In this document: positions 38,561 through 49,555 of the stretch, in pieces
Numbering within the stretch: the stretch's first letter is position 1
Layout of the letters: every line of letters starts with the position of its first letter
Assembly (NCBI GenBank): GCA_029884425.1
Contig: JAOUHV010000007.1
Coordinates: forward strand, 11,358 to 75,357
Direction of reading: 5' to 3'
From: Gammaproteobacteria bacterium
GTDB lineage: Bacteria > Pseudomonadota > Gammaproteobacteria > S012-40
Length of the DNA stretch: 64,000 bases
Notes under the pieces: model-generated
Databases searched by the model: none
What the model saw: only the letters and a program-made list of their open reading frames with translations
What the model was told of the DNA's origin: nothing
Position numbers and translations under genes: made by a program

Positions 38561-39688
38561 ATGGCTGGACACGGGCAACACAAGGCGCTGATCTGGGATT
38601 TGCCGACACGTGTATTTCATTGGCTGCTGGTGCTGGGATTCGCCGTTGGTTGGATATCGTCGGAAAATGATCGTCTGGTTTATCTGCATGTCTATGCGGG
38701 ATATGTGTTTTTTGGTTTGCTGGTGTTTCGCTTGGTTTGGGGCGCGGTGGGCAGTCGTTTTGCGAGGTTTCGTTCGTTCGCTCACGACTGGCCATCGGTA
38801 ACGGCGTATCTCAAGGGTTTGCTTAACGGCGAGGCGCAGCGCTATGTGGGACACAATCCCGCAGGAGGCTGGGCGATTTTCCTGCTGATTTTTTTGGGAT
38901 TGGGAATAGGCATCACCGGCATGTTGGTGTTGGGGGGCGAGGAAGGTCACGGGCCGTTGCGTCATCTGGTGTCGTACGATGTTGGTTCTGCCAGCAAAGA
39001 ACTGCACGAAGGCTTTGCCACATTTATGCTGCTGTTGGTGTTTGTGCATATTGCTGGCGTGATTGTCGAGAGTTTCCTGCACAAAGAAAACCTGATCTGG
39101 TCCATGGTCACGGGGGTTAAAAACGCTGCCCCTGAATTGGGCGTGAGCCGTTTCGGCATACTGGCGGTGTTGATGCTGGCCATCGTTTTTTCCAGCGCGG
39201 CCTATTATTTCCGCGGCTATGTGCAGGAAACCAAAGAAACGCCATTCCGCCCCTATTCGCACGAAAAACTGGCGGACAACGCTACCTGGCGCACTGAGTG
39301 TGGTGATTGTCACATGGCGTTTCATCCCAGCCTGTTGCCCGCGCGTAGTTGGCAAAAGTTGATGGCGCAGCAATCAGATCACTTTGGTGATGATCTGGCC
39401 TTGGAAGGTGAGACGTTGCAGGAAGTGACCGATTTTCTGCTGAACAATTCGGCAGACAAGGGTGAAACCGAGGCGGCCAACAAGATGATTCGCAGTATTT
39501 CGGCGGATCAGGCTCCCATTGCCATTACTGAAACGCGCTATTGGAAGCACAAGCACAGTGAGATCGGAGACGAGTACTGGAAGAGCAAGAGGGTGGGCAG
39601 CAAGAGCAATTGTGCCGCCTGCCATCTGGACGCAAATGACGGCTGGTATGAGGACTCCAACATGCGCTTGCCTGACATAAAGCCATAG
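38561..39688 (+). CDS. Cytochrome b/b6 (Ni_hydr_CYTB) fused to diheme cytochrome c
   Basis: WDLPTRVFHW, GHNPAG and LVFVHIAGV motifs; CGDCH and CAACH heme motifs; SDHFGDD. Confidence 0.9.
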   Translation: MAGHGQHKALIWDLPTRVFHWLLVLGFAVGWISSENDRLVYLHVYAGYVFFGLLVFRLVWGAVGSRFARFRSFAHDWPSVTAYLKGLLNGEAQRYVGHNPAGGWAIFLLIFLGLGIGITGMLVLGGEEGHGPLRHLVSYDVGSASKELHEGFATFMLLLVFVHIAGVIVESFLHKENLIWSMVTGVKNAAPELGVSRFGILAVLMLAIVFSSAAYYFRGYVQETKETPFRPYSHEKLADNATWRTECGDCHMAFHPSLLPARSWQKLMAQQSDHFGDDLALEGETLQEVTDFLLNNSADKGETEAANKMIRSISADQAPIAITETRYWKHKHSEIGDEYWKSKRVGSKSNCAACHLDANDGWYEDSNMRLPDIKP

Positions 39689-39711
39689 CGGGCCGCATTT
39701 GAAAAAAACAG

Positions 39712-39743
39712 AAAGGGTTAGCCGCGTCGGCTAACCCTTTTTT
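39712..39743. terminator. Intrinsic terminator
   Basis: AAAGGGTTAGCC-gcgtc-GGCTAACCCTTTTTT. Confidence 0.85.
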
Positions 39744-39768
39744 ATGGAACTCATCGTTTGGGATGCGG

Positions 39769-40203
39769 TTAGAGCTCGACGTATTTCACAATGTTGTTTG
39801 AGCGAATAATGCGCACCATACGGCGATAAGCGATGACGGCTAACACCAATCCGGCGACAGCAATGACCAGTTCGACGCTATCGATGATATTGCTGCCGCT
39901 GATACCTTGAAGGCCGATGATGCCCAGAAACACGAACAATATATTGCCTATGCCCATCAACAGGATGTTGTTGGTGCAATCTATTTGTTCACTCATGCCT
40001 TGGCTGAAGTTGTTCAGGGCCATGGCGTGCAGTGTCTGGTCTTTCATTTCACCAGCGACCATCACATCGTCGCCATTGGCGACCTTGTCTGCCAGGTCTC
40101 GATGTACCTTGACGGCCTGTTCGCCCAGGCGACACGAGATGGAGCCATCTTTGTCCGGAGCGCTAATGGCGCTAATTTGACCACGTTGAACAATAATGCC
40201 CAT
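39769..40203 (-). CDS. Hypothetical membrane protein (beta-rich N-terminus, two C-terminal TM helices)
   Basis: AGAGGA RBS; two hydrophobic segments followed by a basic tail. Confidence 0.7.
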   Translation of the reverse strand: MGIIVQRGQISAISAPDKDGSISCRLGEQAVKVHRDLADKVANGDDVMVAGEMKDQTLHAMALNNFSQGMSEQIDCTNNILLMGIGNILFVFLGIIGLQGISGSNIIDSVELVIAVAGLVLAVIAYRRMVRIIRSNNIVKYVEL

Positions 40204-40309
40204 GTTGTCCTCTTGCGTTGGTGTAATGTCAGTTCAGGGGGAAGATGGACGAAATTATAATAAATTCCTGAGTAAACTGCTTTTCGTTTTTGTTCGAGCT
40301 CCGCGACAA

Positions 40310-41251
40310 TCAGTACTGCTGCACATACCGGTTACGGATGGGCTGAATTGGTCTGGCGCTGTTGGGGAATAAAAAGGCGTATTGTGAGACCTGCTCGGCA
40401 GAGACACTGCCACGGCTGGCCATGATGTTCCAGCTGACATTTTCGGTGCACGGTGGCTGGGTCAGCGAGCCTAAATAATGGTAATAATTACGTTTTTTTG
40501 GCAACAGATCCAATGCGTTGATGTTGGCGGACGGGCGGTGTTCGCCTGGACTGTTGGGCATGTATTCCCAGATGGCCGACAGTGCTTCGTTGTTTTCACC
40601 TTCGTTGAACAGGACCGATATGATGGCCAGTTGGCCGTCGCTGGCCTTGTGCACCAGATCGGCGGACAGATCGGCGGCGCGGCCGCTGATGGTGTGTTCG
40701 CTGGGGGCGTGGAAAGAAATGTGGCTCAGGTCAAACCGCTTGCCATTCTGCACAATGTAGCTACCCGGATTGTAAGCCACCTTAATATTCCGACCGTCAT
40801 TGATCAGGTGCAGGGGGCTGGTCTGGTAATGAAAATCCAGTGGCGTTCCCCGAGGCTTGATGATGGCGCTGATGTCGATGGGCGATTGCGACAGTCCCTG
40901 GCGACACAGCGAAAATTCGGGGTGCAGGTCTGCCCAGTGCTCCGGTCCGGTTGGACCCGCATAGCTCCAGCCATGATTATCCAACGCTGCAATTGTTTGG
41001 GCCTGGATCGGGCGCACGGTTGGCAGCGTCGGTAAATCGTCGGCGGGTCGTGCCAGTGCATCTTTGAGTGGAGCCTCGCCAAGATAGGCATAGTCATCGT
41101 CGGCCATGGCCAGCATGATGCCGGGCTGAGTCTTGACCGCAGCCTCGGTGCTGGATTCCCGTACCCCTTGGCTGCATGCGGTGACGGCGAGCGTCAGCAG
41201 GCAAACTGACAGTTTGTACCAGGTAGAAACAGAGGCGCGGAAACACAGCAT
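40310..41251 (-). CDS. Alpha-carbonic anhydrase family lipoprotein, probably catalytically inactive
   Basis: WSYAGPTGPEHW, QSPIDI, FHAPSEH, GSLTQPPC and RPIQP motifs; lipobox LAVTAC; two Zn-ligand positions substituted. Confidence 0.85.
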   Translation of the reverse strand: MLCFRASVSTWYKLSVCLLTLAVTACSQGVRESSTEAAVKTQPGIMLAMADDDYAYLGEAPLKDALARPADDLPTLPTVRPIQAQTIAALDNHGWSYAGPTGPEHWADLHPEFSLCRQGLSQSPIDISAIIKPRGTPLDFHYQTSPLHLINDGRNIKVAYNPGSYIVQNGKRFDLSHISFHAPSEHTISGRAADLSADLVHKASDGQLAIISVLFNEGENNEALSAIWEYMPNSPGEHRPSANINALDLLPKKRNYYHYLGSLTQPPCTENVSWNIMASRGSVSAEQVSQYAFLFPNSARPIQPIRNRYVQQY

Positions 41252-41373
41252 TGAGGGGAATCCTTGGCAGAAAAATGCGTGCGCTAATTACGACCTGAGG
41301 CTGGTGGAAAGTCAAGTAGCCGTCGCGGCTGTTACAAAAATGATATAGTTTTTCGCCGAACCAGGAGAGGCCG

Positions 41374-41988
41374 ATGGCAGACTTGTTTGATGATCCGTCG
41401 CGACGCTTGTCGTTGCTGAATCAGGATGGGTTGGTTGATTATTGGCCACATTTTATGTCGGAGATCGCAGCGCAGCGCTGGTTCGACCAGTTATTGCGAG
41501 ACGTTGCGTGGCAAACCGAAACTTACCAGATCTACGGTAAGGACGTGACTGCGCCGCGCCGGGTGGCATGGTATGGCGATGCGGACGCGGTTTATACCTA
41601 TTCGGGAATCCGCCACCAACCTTTGCCGTGGACTCCCGGCCTGATGGAGTTGAAAACACAGATTGAACGCGCTTGTCAGACTTCATTCAATAGTGTGTTA
41701 TTGAACCTCTATCGCGATGGTCAGGACTCTATGGGCTGGCACGCAGACGCCGAGCCGGAGCTGGGCATCAATCCGGTGATTGCCTCGCTGAGCCTGGGGG
41801 AGGTGCGCAGTTTCAAATTGCGCCACAATCGCACTGGTCAGACCCTGGATATTCCGCTGGGCACGGGGAGTTTGTTGCTGATGCACGGCGCATTGCAACA
41901 TCACTGGAAGCACAGTGTGGCCAAAAGCAAAAGAGTATTGCAGGCCAGAATCAATCTTACGTTTAGAAAAATAGTGTCGGGAGGATGA
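41374..41988 (+). CDS. AlkB family 2-oxoglutarate/Fe(II) dioxygenase
   Basis: FNSVLLNLYRDGQDSMGWHAD, WKHSV and RINLTFR motifs. Confidence 0.93.
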   Translation: MADLFDDPSRRLSLLNQDGLVDYWPHFMSEIAAQRWFDQLLRDVAWQTETYQIYGKDVTAPRRVAWYGDADAVYTYSGIRHQPLPWTPGLMELKTQIERACQTSFNSVLLNLYRDGQDSMGWHADAEPELGINPVIASLSLGEVRSFKLRHNRTGQTLDIPLGTGSLLLMHGALQHHWKHSVAKSKRVLQARINLTFRKIVSGG

Positions 41989-41989
41989 G

Positions 41990-42298
41990 ATGTACGTCAC
42001 CATCGTCAACGTTACGGTGAAGCCGGAACACATAGAAGATTTTATGCGCGCCAGTCGCTTGAATCATGAAAGCTCCATTTTGGAATCAGGCAATCTGGCA
42101 TTTGATGTTCTGCAATCAGCGGACGATCCCTGCAAATTTGTGTTGTATGAATCGTACGTGTCAGAGCGCGCCGCCAAGGCGCACAAAACGACAAAACATT
42201 ATCTGATTTGGCGGGATACGGTTGCCGATTGGATGGCTGAGCCACGTCAGGGAACGGTGTACGCCGGTGTGTTTCCCGAAGTGTTTGAGGAAATGTAA
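41990..42298 (+). CDS. Antibiotic biosynthesis monooxygenase (LsrG-like) protein
   Basis: VKPEH, ESGNLAFDVLQ and AHKTTKHY motifs. Confidence 0.85.
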   Translation: MYVTIVNVTVKPEHIEDFMRASRLNHESSILESGNLAFDVLQSADDPCKFVLYESYVSERAAKAHKTTKHYLIWRDTVADWMAEPRQGTVYAGVFPEVFEEM

Positions 42299-43482
42299 TG
42301 CAGTTTTCAGTTGCCCGATTGCCACGGGTGGAATTTGGTGCTGGCAGTGTGCATAAATTGCCTGAATTGATAAACCAATTTGGCTCGCGGATGTTGTTGG
42401 TGACAGGCCAGCGTTCGCTGCGTGACAGTGCGGTTTGGCCGGGATTATCTGCAGCGTTTGAGTCACGGGGTATTCGTTACGAAATCATCGTGATCAGTGG
42501 CGAGCCCTCACCGCAAATGATAGATCAGGCAGTGGCGATGCATGCGTCCGCTGGTTTTGATGTGGTGGTGGGATTAGGTGGTGGCAGTGCGCTGGATGCA
42601 GCTAAAGCCATTGCCGGTTTGCTGCGCATTGGCAATTCAGTGATGGATTATCTGGAAGGTGTTGGCCCGGAATTGCCTTATCACGGCCCGTCGGTGCCGT
42701 TTATCGCAGTGCCAACCACGGCGGGCACCGGCAGCGAAGCGACCAAAAACGCGGTGCTCAGTATTCAGGGCAAGGCCGGTTTTAAAAAATCATTTCGCGA
42801 CGACAAACTGGTCGCGCAATACGCCGTTCTGGACCCGGACTTACTGAGTAGTTGTCCGCCGGATTTGATTGCGGCCAACGGCATGGATGCGATAACTCAA
42901 TTGCTGGAATCGTACGTGTCGACTAAAGCCAATCCGTTCACCGATGCGTTGGCACTCAGCGGTTTGCAACTCGCCCGCACGGCCTTGTTTGATTGGTATC
43001 ATCAGGGGGCAGGCGCCAAACAGGCACAGGCAGAGATGTTGTATGCGTCGTGGCTGTCAGGAATTACTCTGGCGCAGGTGGGGTTGGGTTCGGTGCATGG
43101 TTTGGCGTCACCCTTGGGTGCGTTTTTTCCCATTCCGCATGGCGTGGTGTGTGGCACGCTGCTTGGGGCTGCAACCGAGATAAATATCCGTGCGCTGCAG
43201 ACGCGTGAGCCGCACAATCCGGCATTGCAGCGTTATGCGCATTTGGCGGAAGTGTTGTGTCAGCAAACATTTTCGTCAACACCGCAGTCGCTTGAAGCGC
43301 TGGTCAATTGTTTGAATGGCTGGGTGCAGCAACTGCAATTGCCGGGATTAGCGAATTTCGGCATTAGCGAGTCAGATTTCCCGCACATTGTGAAAAATTG
43401 TCGTGGCAGCAGTATGCGCACCAATCCTATTGTGTTAACCGATGATGAAGTGACGCAATTATTGCGCGCCCGTTTAAATTAA
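42298..43482 (+). CDS. Iron-containing alcohol dehydrogenase
   Basis: GGGSALDAAK, PTTAGTGSEAT, GSVHGLA and PHG motifs. Confidence 0.92.
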   Translation: MQFSVARLPRVEFGAGSVHKLPELINQFGSRMLLVTGQRSLRDSAVWPGLSAAFESRGIRYEIIVISGEPSPQMIDQAVAMHASAGFDVVVGLGGGSALDAAKAIAGLLRIGNSVMDYLEGVGPELPYHGPSVPFIAVPTTAGTGSEATKNAVLSIQGKAGFKKSFRDDKLVAQYAVLDPDLLSSCPPDLIAANGMDAITQLLESYVSTKANPFTDALALSGLQLARTALFDWYHQGAGAKQAQAEMLYASWLSGITLAQVGLGSVHGLASPLGAFFPIPHGVVCGTLLGAATEINIRALQTREPHNPALQRYAHLAEVLCQQTFSSTPQSLEALVNCLNGWVQQLQLPGLANFGISESDFPHIVKNCRGSSMRTNPIVLTDDEVTQLLRARLN

Positions 43483-43500
43483 ATTTTCAGGATTCAGGCA

Positions 43501-44454
43501 ATGTATTATCCCGAGATTCAACCGTATAAAACGCATCGCTTCGCGTTGGAAGCGCCACACGAAATTTATGTAGAAGAAAGCGGCAATCCAAACGGTGTGC
43601 CCGTGGTGTTTTTGCACGGCGGCCCTGGTTCAGGCTGTCAGGATTATCACCGTCGTTTTTTTGATCCGCAGCGCTATCGCATCGTGCTGTTTGATCAGCG
43701 TGGTTCGGGCAAGTCCACACCGCACGCCAGTTTGCAAAATAATACCACCCAGGCATTGATTGCCGACATGGAAGCAATACGCAGCAAGTTGAGCATCAAG
43801 CAATGGGTGGTGTTTGGTGGTTCGTGGGGATCAACGCTGGCGTTGGCCTATGCGCAGGCTTTTCCGCAAAAAGTGCTGGGTTTGATTTTGCGCGGTATTT
43901 TTCTGTGTCGTCCCAAGGAAATTCACTGGTTTTATCAGGAAGGTGCGCATCGGATTTTTCCAGATTATTGGGAAGATTACATCGCCCCTGTTGCACCAGC
44001 AGATAGACACGACATGGTGAGCGCCTATTACAAATTATTGACCAGTGACAACGAGCAAACACGCTTGGCGGCAGCGACCGCGTGGTCGGTCTGGGAAGGT
44101 CGTACTGCGACCTTGTTGGGCGATGCCGCGACGGTGGCACACTTTGCCGATCCACATACCGCGCTGTCTTTGGCGCGTATCGAATGTCATTATTTTATGA
44201 ACAACGCGTTTCTGGAAGACAATCAGTTGATTCGGGATGCCTGGCGTTTGCAGGATATTCCTGGCGTCATTATCCATGGCCGCTATGATGTAGTGTGTCC
44301 GATTGAAAGTGCCTGGGAATTACACAAAGCCTGGCCTGAAGCTGAGCTGCAGATTATTTCGGATGCCGGCCACGCAGCTTCTGAACCAGGCATTGCCAAA
44401 GCCCTGGTAGCGGCTGCCGATGCAATGCTGCAAAAAATTGAAATGGAATCTTGA
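43501..44454 (+). CDS. pip: Prolyl aminopeptidase
   Basis: HGGPG, FDQRGSGKS, GGSWG, GRYDVVC and AGH motifs. Confidence 0.95.
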   Translation: MYYPEIQPYKTHRFALEAPHEIYVEESGNPNGVPVVFLHGGPGSGCQDYHRRFFDPQRYRIVLFDQRGSGKSTPHASLQNNTTQALIADMEAIRSKLSIKQWVVFGGSWGSTLALAYAQAFPQKVLGLILRGIFLCRPKEIHWFYQEGAHRIFPDYWEDYIAPVAPADRHDMVSAYYKLLTSDNEQTRLAAATAWSVWEGRTATLLGDAATVAHFADPHTALSLARIECHYFMNNAFLEDNQLIRDAWRLQDIPGVIIHGRYDVVCPIESAWELHKAWPEAELQIISDAGHAASEPGIAKALVAAADAMLQKIEMES

Positions 44455-44476
44455 AAAAATGCCTTAGGAGGTTGGG

Positions 44477-45040
44477 ATGAGAACAACGTGGATCGCCGTT
44501 TTACTGTTGAGCGTGCTGATGCTGCAAGGCTGCGCCAGTTCGCGGCTCTACGTTTTGGGGACCATGAAAAAACCGGAACTGGAATTTCTGGATTATAAAG
44601 TTCAGGATGTTGGTCTGCAGCGTGCGCACGTGGATTTGCTTTTTAAAGCGCACAATCCCAATCACTATCAGATCGACACATTTTTTGTCAGCTATGATTT
44701 TTATCTTGAAGGAAAACTGCTTGCCGAAGGCAGGCATATTCCGGTTGCGCTGATTCCTGAAGGTACTTCCGAAATCACGGTGCCTGTTGTCGTCAGCTAC
44801 AGCAATTTAATGAATAGCCTGGATAAGGTTCTGGAAAAACTCAACAAGCAGGATCGGAAACTGCAGGCCAAGGTGAAATATCGCATCTTTGGTGAGTACG
44901 AAGTATGGAGCTGGTTTGGCAAAAGCTACAAGCGTGATTACTTCTATGAAAGTGAGGCTGATATTCCCATTGATGTTCCAGAGGTCACTCTGAAAGATGT
45001 GGGGCAGGAACTGAAGAATCGGCTAAAACAGTGGTTCTAG
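44477..45040 (+). CDS. LEA_2/WHy domain lipoprotein
   Basis: Lipobox LQGC and HNPN motif. Confidence 0.8.
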   Translation: MRTTWIAVLLLSVLMLQGCASSRLYVLGTMKKPELEFLDYKVQDVGLQRAHVDLLFKAHNPNHYQIDTFFVSYDFYLEGKLLAEGRHIPVALIPEGTSEITVPVVVSYSNLMNSLDKVLEKLNKQDRKLQAKVKYRIFGEYEVWSWFGKSYKRDYFYESEADIPIDVPEVTLKDVGQELKNRLKQWF

Positions 45041-45128
45041 GTGAATAAACCCGTAGCCAAATTGCGATAAATATTTATATTTAGCATGTCGAAAGCGGTT
45101 TTGACGAGGGAAGGACGAAACTGCACAT

Positions 45129-46364
45129 ATGCTATGGCTCATTATATCTCAAACAGTTGTAATTGGCTTGTTGGTAGGGACGTTGCCGTTTTTGGAACGT
45201 GAGGCTGGCTGGAATTCCCACGTCAGTTTGTTGTTGGCGGCACTGATACCTGCAGTGATTTCGTGCATGCTCTGGTACCAAAAAAGCAGGAAAGAAAATT
45301 TTCTCCATCTGTTTTTTTCCGGTTTGAAAAATAATGAAATTAATTTAACGCGCGAATCAATCTCGCCGCTGCGATCCAATTCGCCAGAGCTGGCTTCGGC
45401 GCTGGAGCTGTTTTATCAGAAGTTGGCAACTGCGATCTCCGATATTGAGGGTTCCGCCGCTCGCCTCGTGCCCATGTCGCATGAATTGGCTGATACCTAC
45501 GGCAATTTTACCCAGAAGGCGATGATGCAGAAACAGTACGGTAATCAGCTTTCCAATGCGGTGGAGTCCATGGCGATTTCCAGTCATCGGGTGAAAGATG
45601 ATTCGACAAGCATTCTGAATTTGGTCAGACAAAGCACCAGTGAGGTGGACGAGTGTCGCGACAAGGTCAATGACTCGGCAAAAATCACCATGATCCTCAG
45701 TGAGCAAATGCAGCGCAGTATGGAAAAATTGCAGGTATTGGCGGCGCAGGGGAAGCAGATTTTTGATGTAATCAAATTGATTAACAGCATTGCCGAGCAG
45801 ATCAGTCTGCTGGCGTTGAATGCGACCATAGAGGCGGCTCGAGCCGGTGAGCAGGGCCGCGGCTTTGCGATTGTTGCCGATGAGGTGAAGAAACTGGCGC
45901 ATCACACGCGAAATTCCACGGCGGAAATTCATGGCGCCCTGCAAGGGGTGCAGCAGGGGATTGATGCGATGGTGGAGGAATTGTCGCAGGGCACTACTAT
46001 CACCGAACAGGCTGCAGGTCAGGCGCAGGCGGTATCCCACAGTCTGTCCGTGATCGAGGAGGAAATTGCCAAGATTGTAAATTTCACCGATACCATCAGC
46101 CAGTCAGTCGCCGAACAGTCGGAGCTGTCAGAGCAAACCCGCCAGGCCATGAATGGTCTGGTGAGTCTCAACAGTGATGCGCTGGAAAATACCAAGTTGC
46201 AAGGTGTGACCAGAGAAGACTTGCTGAAACTGAGTGAAGTGTTGAAAAGCAAACTGGATGTATTCGTACTGCCAGAGCATCGCTGGAATTCGAATCTGAG
46301 AAGTGCTCCCCGTTACGATAAGGAAAACGGGGAGTCTTTGGAAAATAGCGCCGACTTGTTTTGA
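45129..46364 (+). CDS. Methyl-accepting chemotaxis protein
   Basis: [33 protein letters not shown]; two N-terminal TMs with almost no periplasmic domain. Confidence 0.92.
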   Translation: MLWLIISQTVVIGLLVGTLPFLEREAGWNSHVSLLLAALIPAVISCMLWYQKSRKENFLHLFFSGLKNNEINLTRESISPLRSNSPELASALELFYQKLATAISDIEGSAARLVPMSHELADTYGNFTQKAMMQKQYGNQLSNAVESMAISSHRVKDDSTSILNLVRQSTSEVDECRDKVNDSAKITMILSEQMQRSMEKLQVLAAQGKQIFDVIKLINSIAEQISLLALNATIEAARAGEQGRGFAIVADEVKKLAHHTRNSTAEIHGALQGVQQGIDAMVEELSQGTTITEQAAGQAQAVSHSLSVIEEEIAKIVNFTDTISQSVAEQSELSEQTRQAMNGLVSLNSDALENTKLQGVTREDLLKLSEVLKSKLDVFVLPEHRWNSNLRSAPRYDKENGESLENSADLF

Positions 46365-46373
46365 TATTTGGTG

Positions 46374-47693
46374 TTATATCCGATCCGCATACAGATCATG
46401 CAAATCCGAGCCGGTGATTTCCACTTCGATAAATTCGCCAGGCTTGGCCGGGCGATCTGAGGTGATAATTACTTCACCGTCCACTTCAGGCGCATCGGCG
46501 CGGGTGCGGCCAATGATGTATTCACCTTCCATGTCATCGACAATTACCGTCATGCGCTGACCGACCTTGGCAGCCAGTTTGTCGGCACTGATTGCCGCCT
46601 GTACCTCCATGAAACGCTCCAGGCGCTCCTGTTTGGTATCTTCGTCCACGTGGCCGAGCAGATCGCGTGCAGCGGCGCCCTCAACGTTGGAGTAGGCAAA
46701 ACAACCGACGCGATCCAGTTGTGCTTCCTGCAGGAAGTCCAGCAGGTATTCAAAGTCGTCATCGGTCTCACCGGGGAAACCGACGATGAAAGTCGAACGC
46801 AAAGTGATGTCCGGGCACAGCTCACGCCAGCGCTGGATGCGCGCCAGGGTGTTTTCGCTGCTCGCCGGGCGCTTCATGGATTTGAGGATTTTCGGGCTGG
46901 CGTGCTGGAATGGCACGTCCAGGTAGGGGATGATTTTGTTTTCAGCCATCAGCGGGATGATCTCGTCCACGTGCGGATAGGGGTAGACGTAGTGCATGCG
47001 CACCCAGGCATCCAGTTCGCCCAGACCTTCGGCCAGCTCCTTGAAGCGGGTTTTCATCGGCTTGCCGCCCCAGAAGCCGGTACGGTATTTCACGTCCACG
47101 CCGTAGGCGCTGGTGTCCTGGGAGATGACCATCAGCTCTTTTACGCCAGCCTTCACCAGATTTTCTGCTTCCTGCATCACCTCGCCAATGGGGCGGCTGA
47201 CCAGATCGCCGCGCAGCGAGGGAATGATGCAGAAGCTGCAGCGGTGGTTACAGCCTTCGGAAATTTTCAGGTAGGCGTAGTGTGACGGGGTCAGCTTGAT
47301 GCCTGTATTGGGAATCAGGCTGGTGTACGGATCATGTTTTGGCGGCAGGTGCTTGTGCACCGCAGCCATGACTTCGTCCTTGGCGTGCGGGCCGGTGACT
47401 GCCAGAACCTGCGGATAGTTTTTCTGCACGCTGTCATCCTTGGCTCCCAGGCAGCCGGTGACGATGACCTTGCCATTTTCTGCCAGAGCCTCGCCGATGG
47501 TGTCCAGCGACTCTTTCACTGCGGCGTCAATGAAGCCACAGGTATTGACGACGACCAGATCGGCGTCCTCGTAGGTGGGGCTGATTTGATAGCCCTCGGC
47601 GCGCAGCTGGGTGATGATCTGCTCGGAATCGACCAGTGCTTTGGGGCAGCCTAGGCTGATAAAACCCACCTTCGGGTCGGATGTCTTGCTCAT
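46374..47693 (-). CDS. rimO: Ribosomal protein S12 methylthiotransferase RimO
   Basis: [28 protein letters not shown] and TRAM-domain APEVDG. Confidence 0.97.
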   Translation of the reverse strand: MSKTSDPKVGFISLGCPKALVDSEQIITQLRAEGYQISPTYEDADLVVVNTCGFIDAAVKESLDTIGEALAENGKVIVTGCLGAKDDSVQKNYPQVLAVTGPHAKDEVMAAVHKHLPPKHDPYTSLIPNTGIKLTPSHYAYLKISEGCNHRCSFCIIPSLRGDLVSRPIGEVMQEAENLVKAGVKELMVISQDTSAYGVDVKYRTGFWGGKPMKTRFKELAEGLGELDAWVRMHYVYPYPHVDEIIPLMAENKIIPYLDVPFQHASPKILKSMKRPASSENTLARIQRWRELCPDITLRSTFIVGFPGETDDDFEYLLDFLQEAQLDRVGCFAYSNVEGAAARDLLGHVDEDTKQERLERFMEVQAAISADKLAAKVGQRMTVIVDDMEGEYIIGRTRADAPEVDGEVIITSDRPAKPGEFIEVEITGSDLHDLYADRI

Positions 47694-47814
47694 AAGGTAC
47701 TCAAATTGTTTGAAAATCTTCGGGGCAGAGGGGGCGGGACGGACCAACCTTTTGTGCTTTGCCGGCAAAACGCGTATTTTAGCCGATTGTGATGAATTTG
47801 TTGAGGAGTGATGG

Positions 47815-48597
47815 ATGAGTTGGTGGGGAAAAGTCGTAGGCGCAGGTTTGGGATACATGCTGGGCGGGGTGCTGGGCGGTCTGCTTGGGGTGGCGCTGGG
47901 CTACAAGATTGATCAAAAACTCCGTAGTGGCAGTGCGGACAGCAATGAACGCATTCAATCGGCTTTTTTTACGGCAACCTTTTCCATCATGGGCCATCTC
48001 GCCAAGGCGGATGGCCGGGTCTCTGAACGCGAAATCGAAATTGCCCATCACGTGATGCGGCAAATGCGGCTGTCGCCAGAACAAACTGAGGCAGCGCGCG
48101 GGTTGTTCCGTCAGGGTAAGGCGGAAGATTTTCCTCTGGATCAGGTGCTGGAACAGTTTCGCAGTGAATGCCGGCGTCGTATTACTTTGTTGATCATGTT
48201 TATGGAAATCCAGGTAATGACGGCCATGGCAGATGGTCATCTGGACAAAGCGGAAGAAAAAATCCTCCACCACATTGCTCACGAACTGGGGATGAGCGAA
48301 GCCATCCTCGCAGAGATGATTCAGCGCTTGAGAGCAGAGCAGGCGTATACCCGATATGAAGCCTATCACGATGACAAGCGAGCACTGGAAGCTGCCTATG
48401 GTGTGTTGGCGGTGCCGAGCAGCGCGACAAATGATGAGGTGAAAAAGTCCTATCGCCGTTTGATGAGCCAGCATCATCCTGACAAGCTGGTGTCCAAAGG
48501 GTTGCCAGAAGAAATGATGGAAATTGCCAAGCAGAAAACCCAGGAAATAAAAGCGGCATATGATGTTATTCGCAAAGCAAGAGAGTCTGTCTCATAA
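47815..48597 (+). CDS. djlA: Co-chaperone DjlA
   Basis: Gly-rich N-terminal TM, TerB-like KADGRVSE and C-terminal J domain (HPD). Confidence 0.94.
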   Translation: MSWWGKVVGAGLGYMLGGVLGGLLGVALGYKIDQKLRSGSADSNERIQSAFFTATFSIMGHLAKADGRVSEREIEIAHHVMRQMRLSPEQTEAARGLFRQGKAEDFPLDQVLEQFRSECRRRITLLIMFMEIQVMTAMADGHLDKAEEKILHHIAHELGMSEAILAEMIQRLRAEQAYTRYEAYHDDKRALEAAYGVLAVPSSATNDEVKKSYRRLMSQHHPDKLVSKGLPEEMMEIAKQKTQEIKAAYDVIRKARESVS

Positions 48598-48880
48598 AAT
48601 TTAAAGCTGAATTCTTCAGGAAATAAACCGGTTTTATAGACTTTTTTTGCGCTCAAGATTAGTTTTTTGAATGTTATGGCTTGACTTGATTGCTGGAGAA
48701 TTTGGCTTTTAGTTTACGTTGTTTTATAAAAATTCCATTTTTCCCTTGTTTTTTTACCTTGAGATACAAATCGGCACAAATAACCTGATTATCGTTACAC
48801 AGCTTTACAGAAATGCACGAAAAAAAAATCAGATTTAAACGCTAACAGGATTGTGTTTGATTACTCTTGAGGGACTAGCC

Positions 48881-49315
48881 ATGAAAATTTCTTCCAAAGG
48901 TCGTTACGCAGTTGCAGCTATGATGGATCTGGCTCTGAATGAAAACAAAGGACCCATTACCATTGCTGACATTTCTGAAAAGCAAAACATTTCGTTGTCT
49001 TACCTGGAGCAGATTTTTGCCGATCTGCGCAAGGGTGGATTGGTGCGTGGTACGCGTGGTCCAGGTGGCGGCTATCGTTTGGCGCGTCATCCTGAAAATA
49101 TCAGCGTGGCGGAAATCATTGATGTGCTCAACGAAAAGCGTCCTCGTCTTAGCACCGAAGATGAACGTTATGAGCCCTACCAGTTGTGGGCGCGCTTGAG
49201 TCACCGCATGCATGATTTTCTGGCTGAAATCAGCTTGCAGGAATGTCTGCAAAATGGTGGCTTGCCCGGTGATGTTGGTTTCTCTGCCGATGCGGAACAG
49301 AAACGCGCAGCCTGA
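48881..49315 (+). CDS. Rrf2 family regulator, IscR-like, without Fe-S cysteines (copy 1)
   Basis: KGRYAVAAMMDLA, ISLSYLEQIF and RGPGGGYRL motifs. Confidence 0.9.
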   Translation: MKISSKGRYAVAAMMDLALNENKGPITIADISEKQNISLSYLEQIFADLRKGGLVRGTRGPGGGYRLARHPENISVAEIIDVLNEKRPRLSTEDERYEPYQLWARLSHRMHDFLAEISLQECLQNGGLPGDVGFSADAEQKRAA

Positions 49316-49338
49316 TTTGGATATCGCAGACGATAACG

Positions 49339-49363
49339 AAAGGCGCCTCCAGGGGCGCCTTTT
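49339..49363 (+). terminator. Intrinsic terminator
   Basis: AAAGGCGCCTC-cag-GGGCGCCTTTT. Confidence 0.75.
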
Positions 49364-49555
49364 GATTTTTGCGGTGGTCAATAAATGATCGAAAAATGGT
49401 GAATTCCTAGTAAAACACTAATAATTTACATTTGTATACAAAATACCCATGGAAAAATCCCCAGATATACATAATGTTTGACATATGGCGAATGGAGTAA
49501 TCCTTCGTTGACCTGTCAGAGGAAGATTCAAATAACGAAACAAGGGGACTACGCT

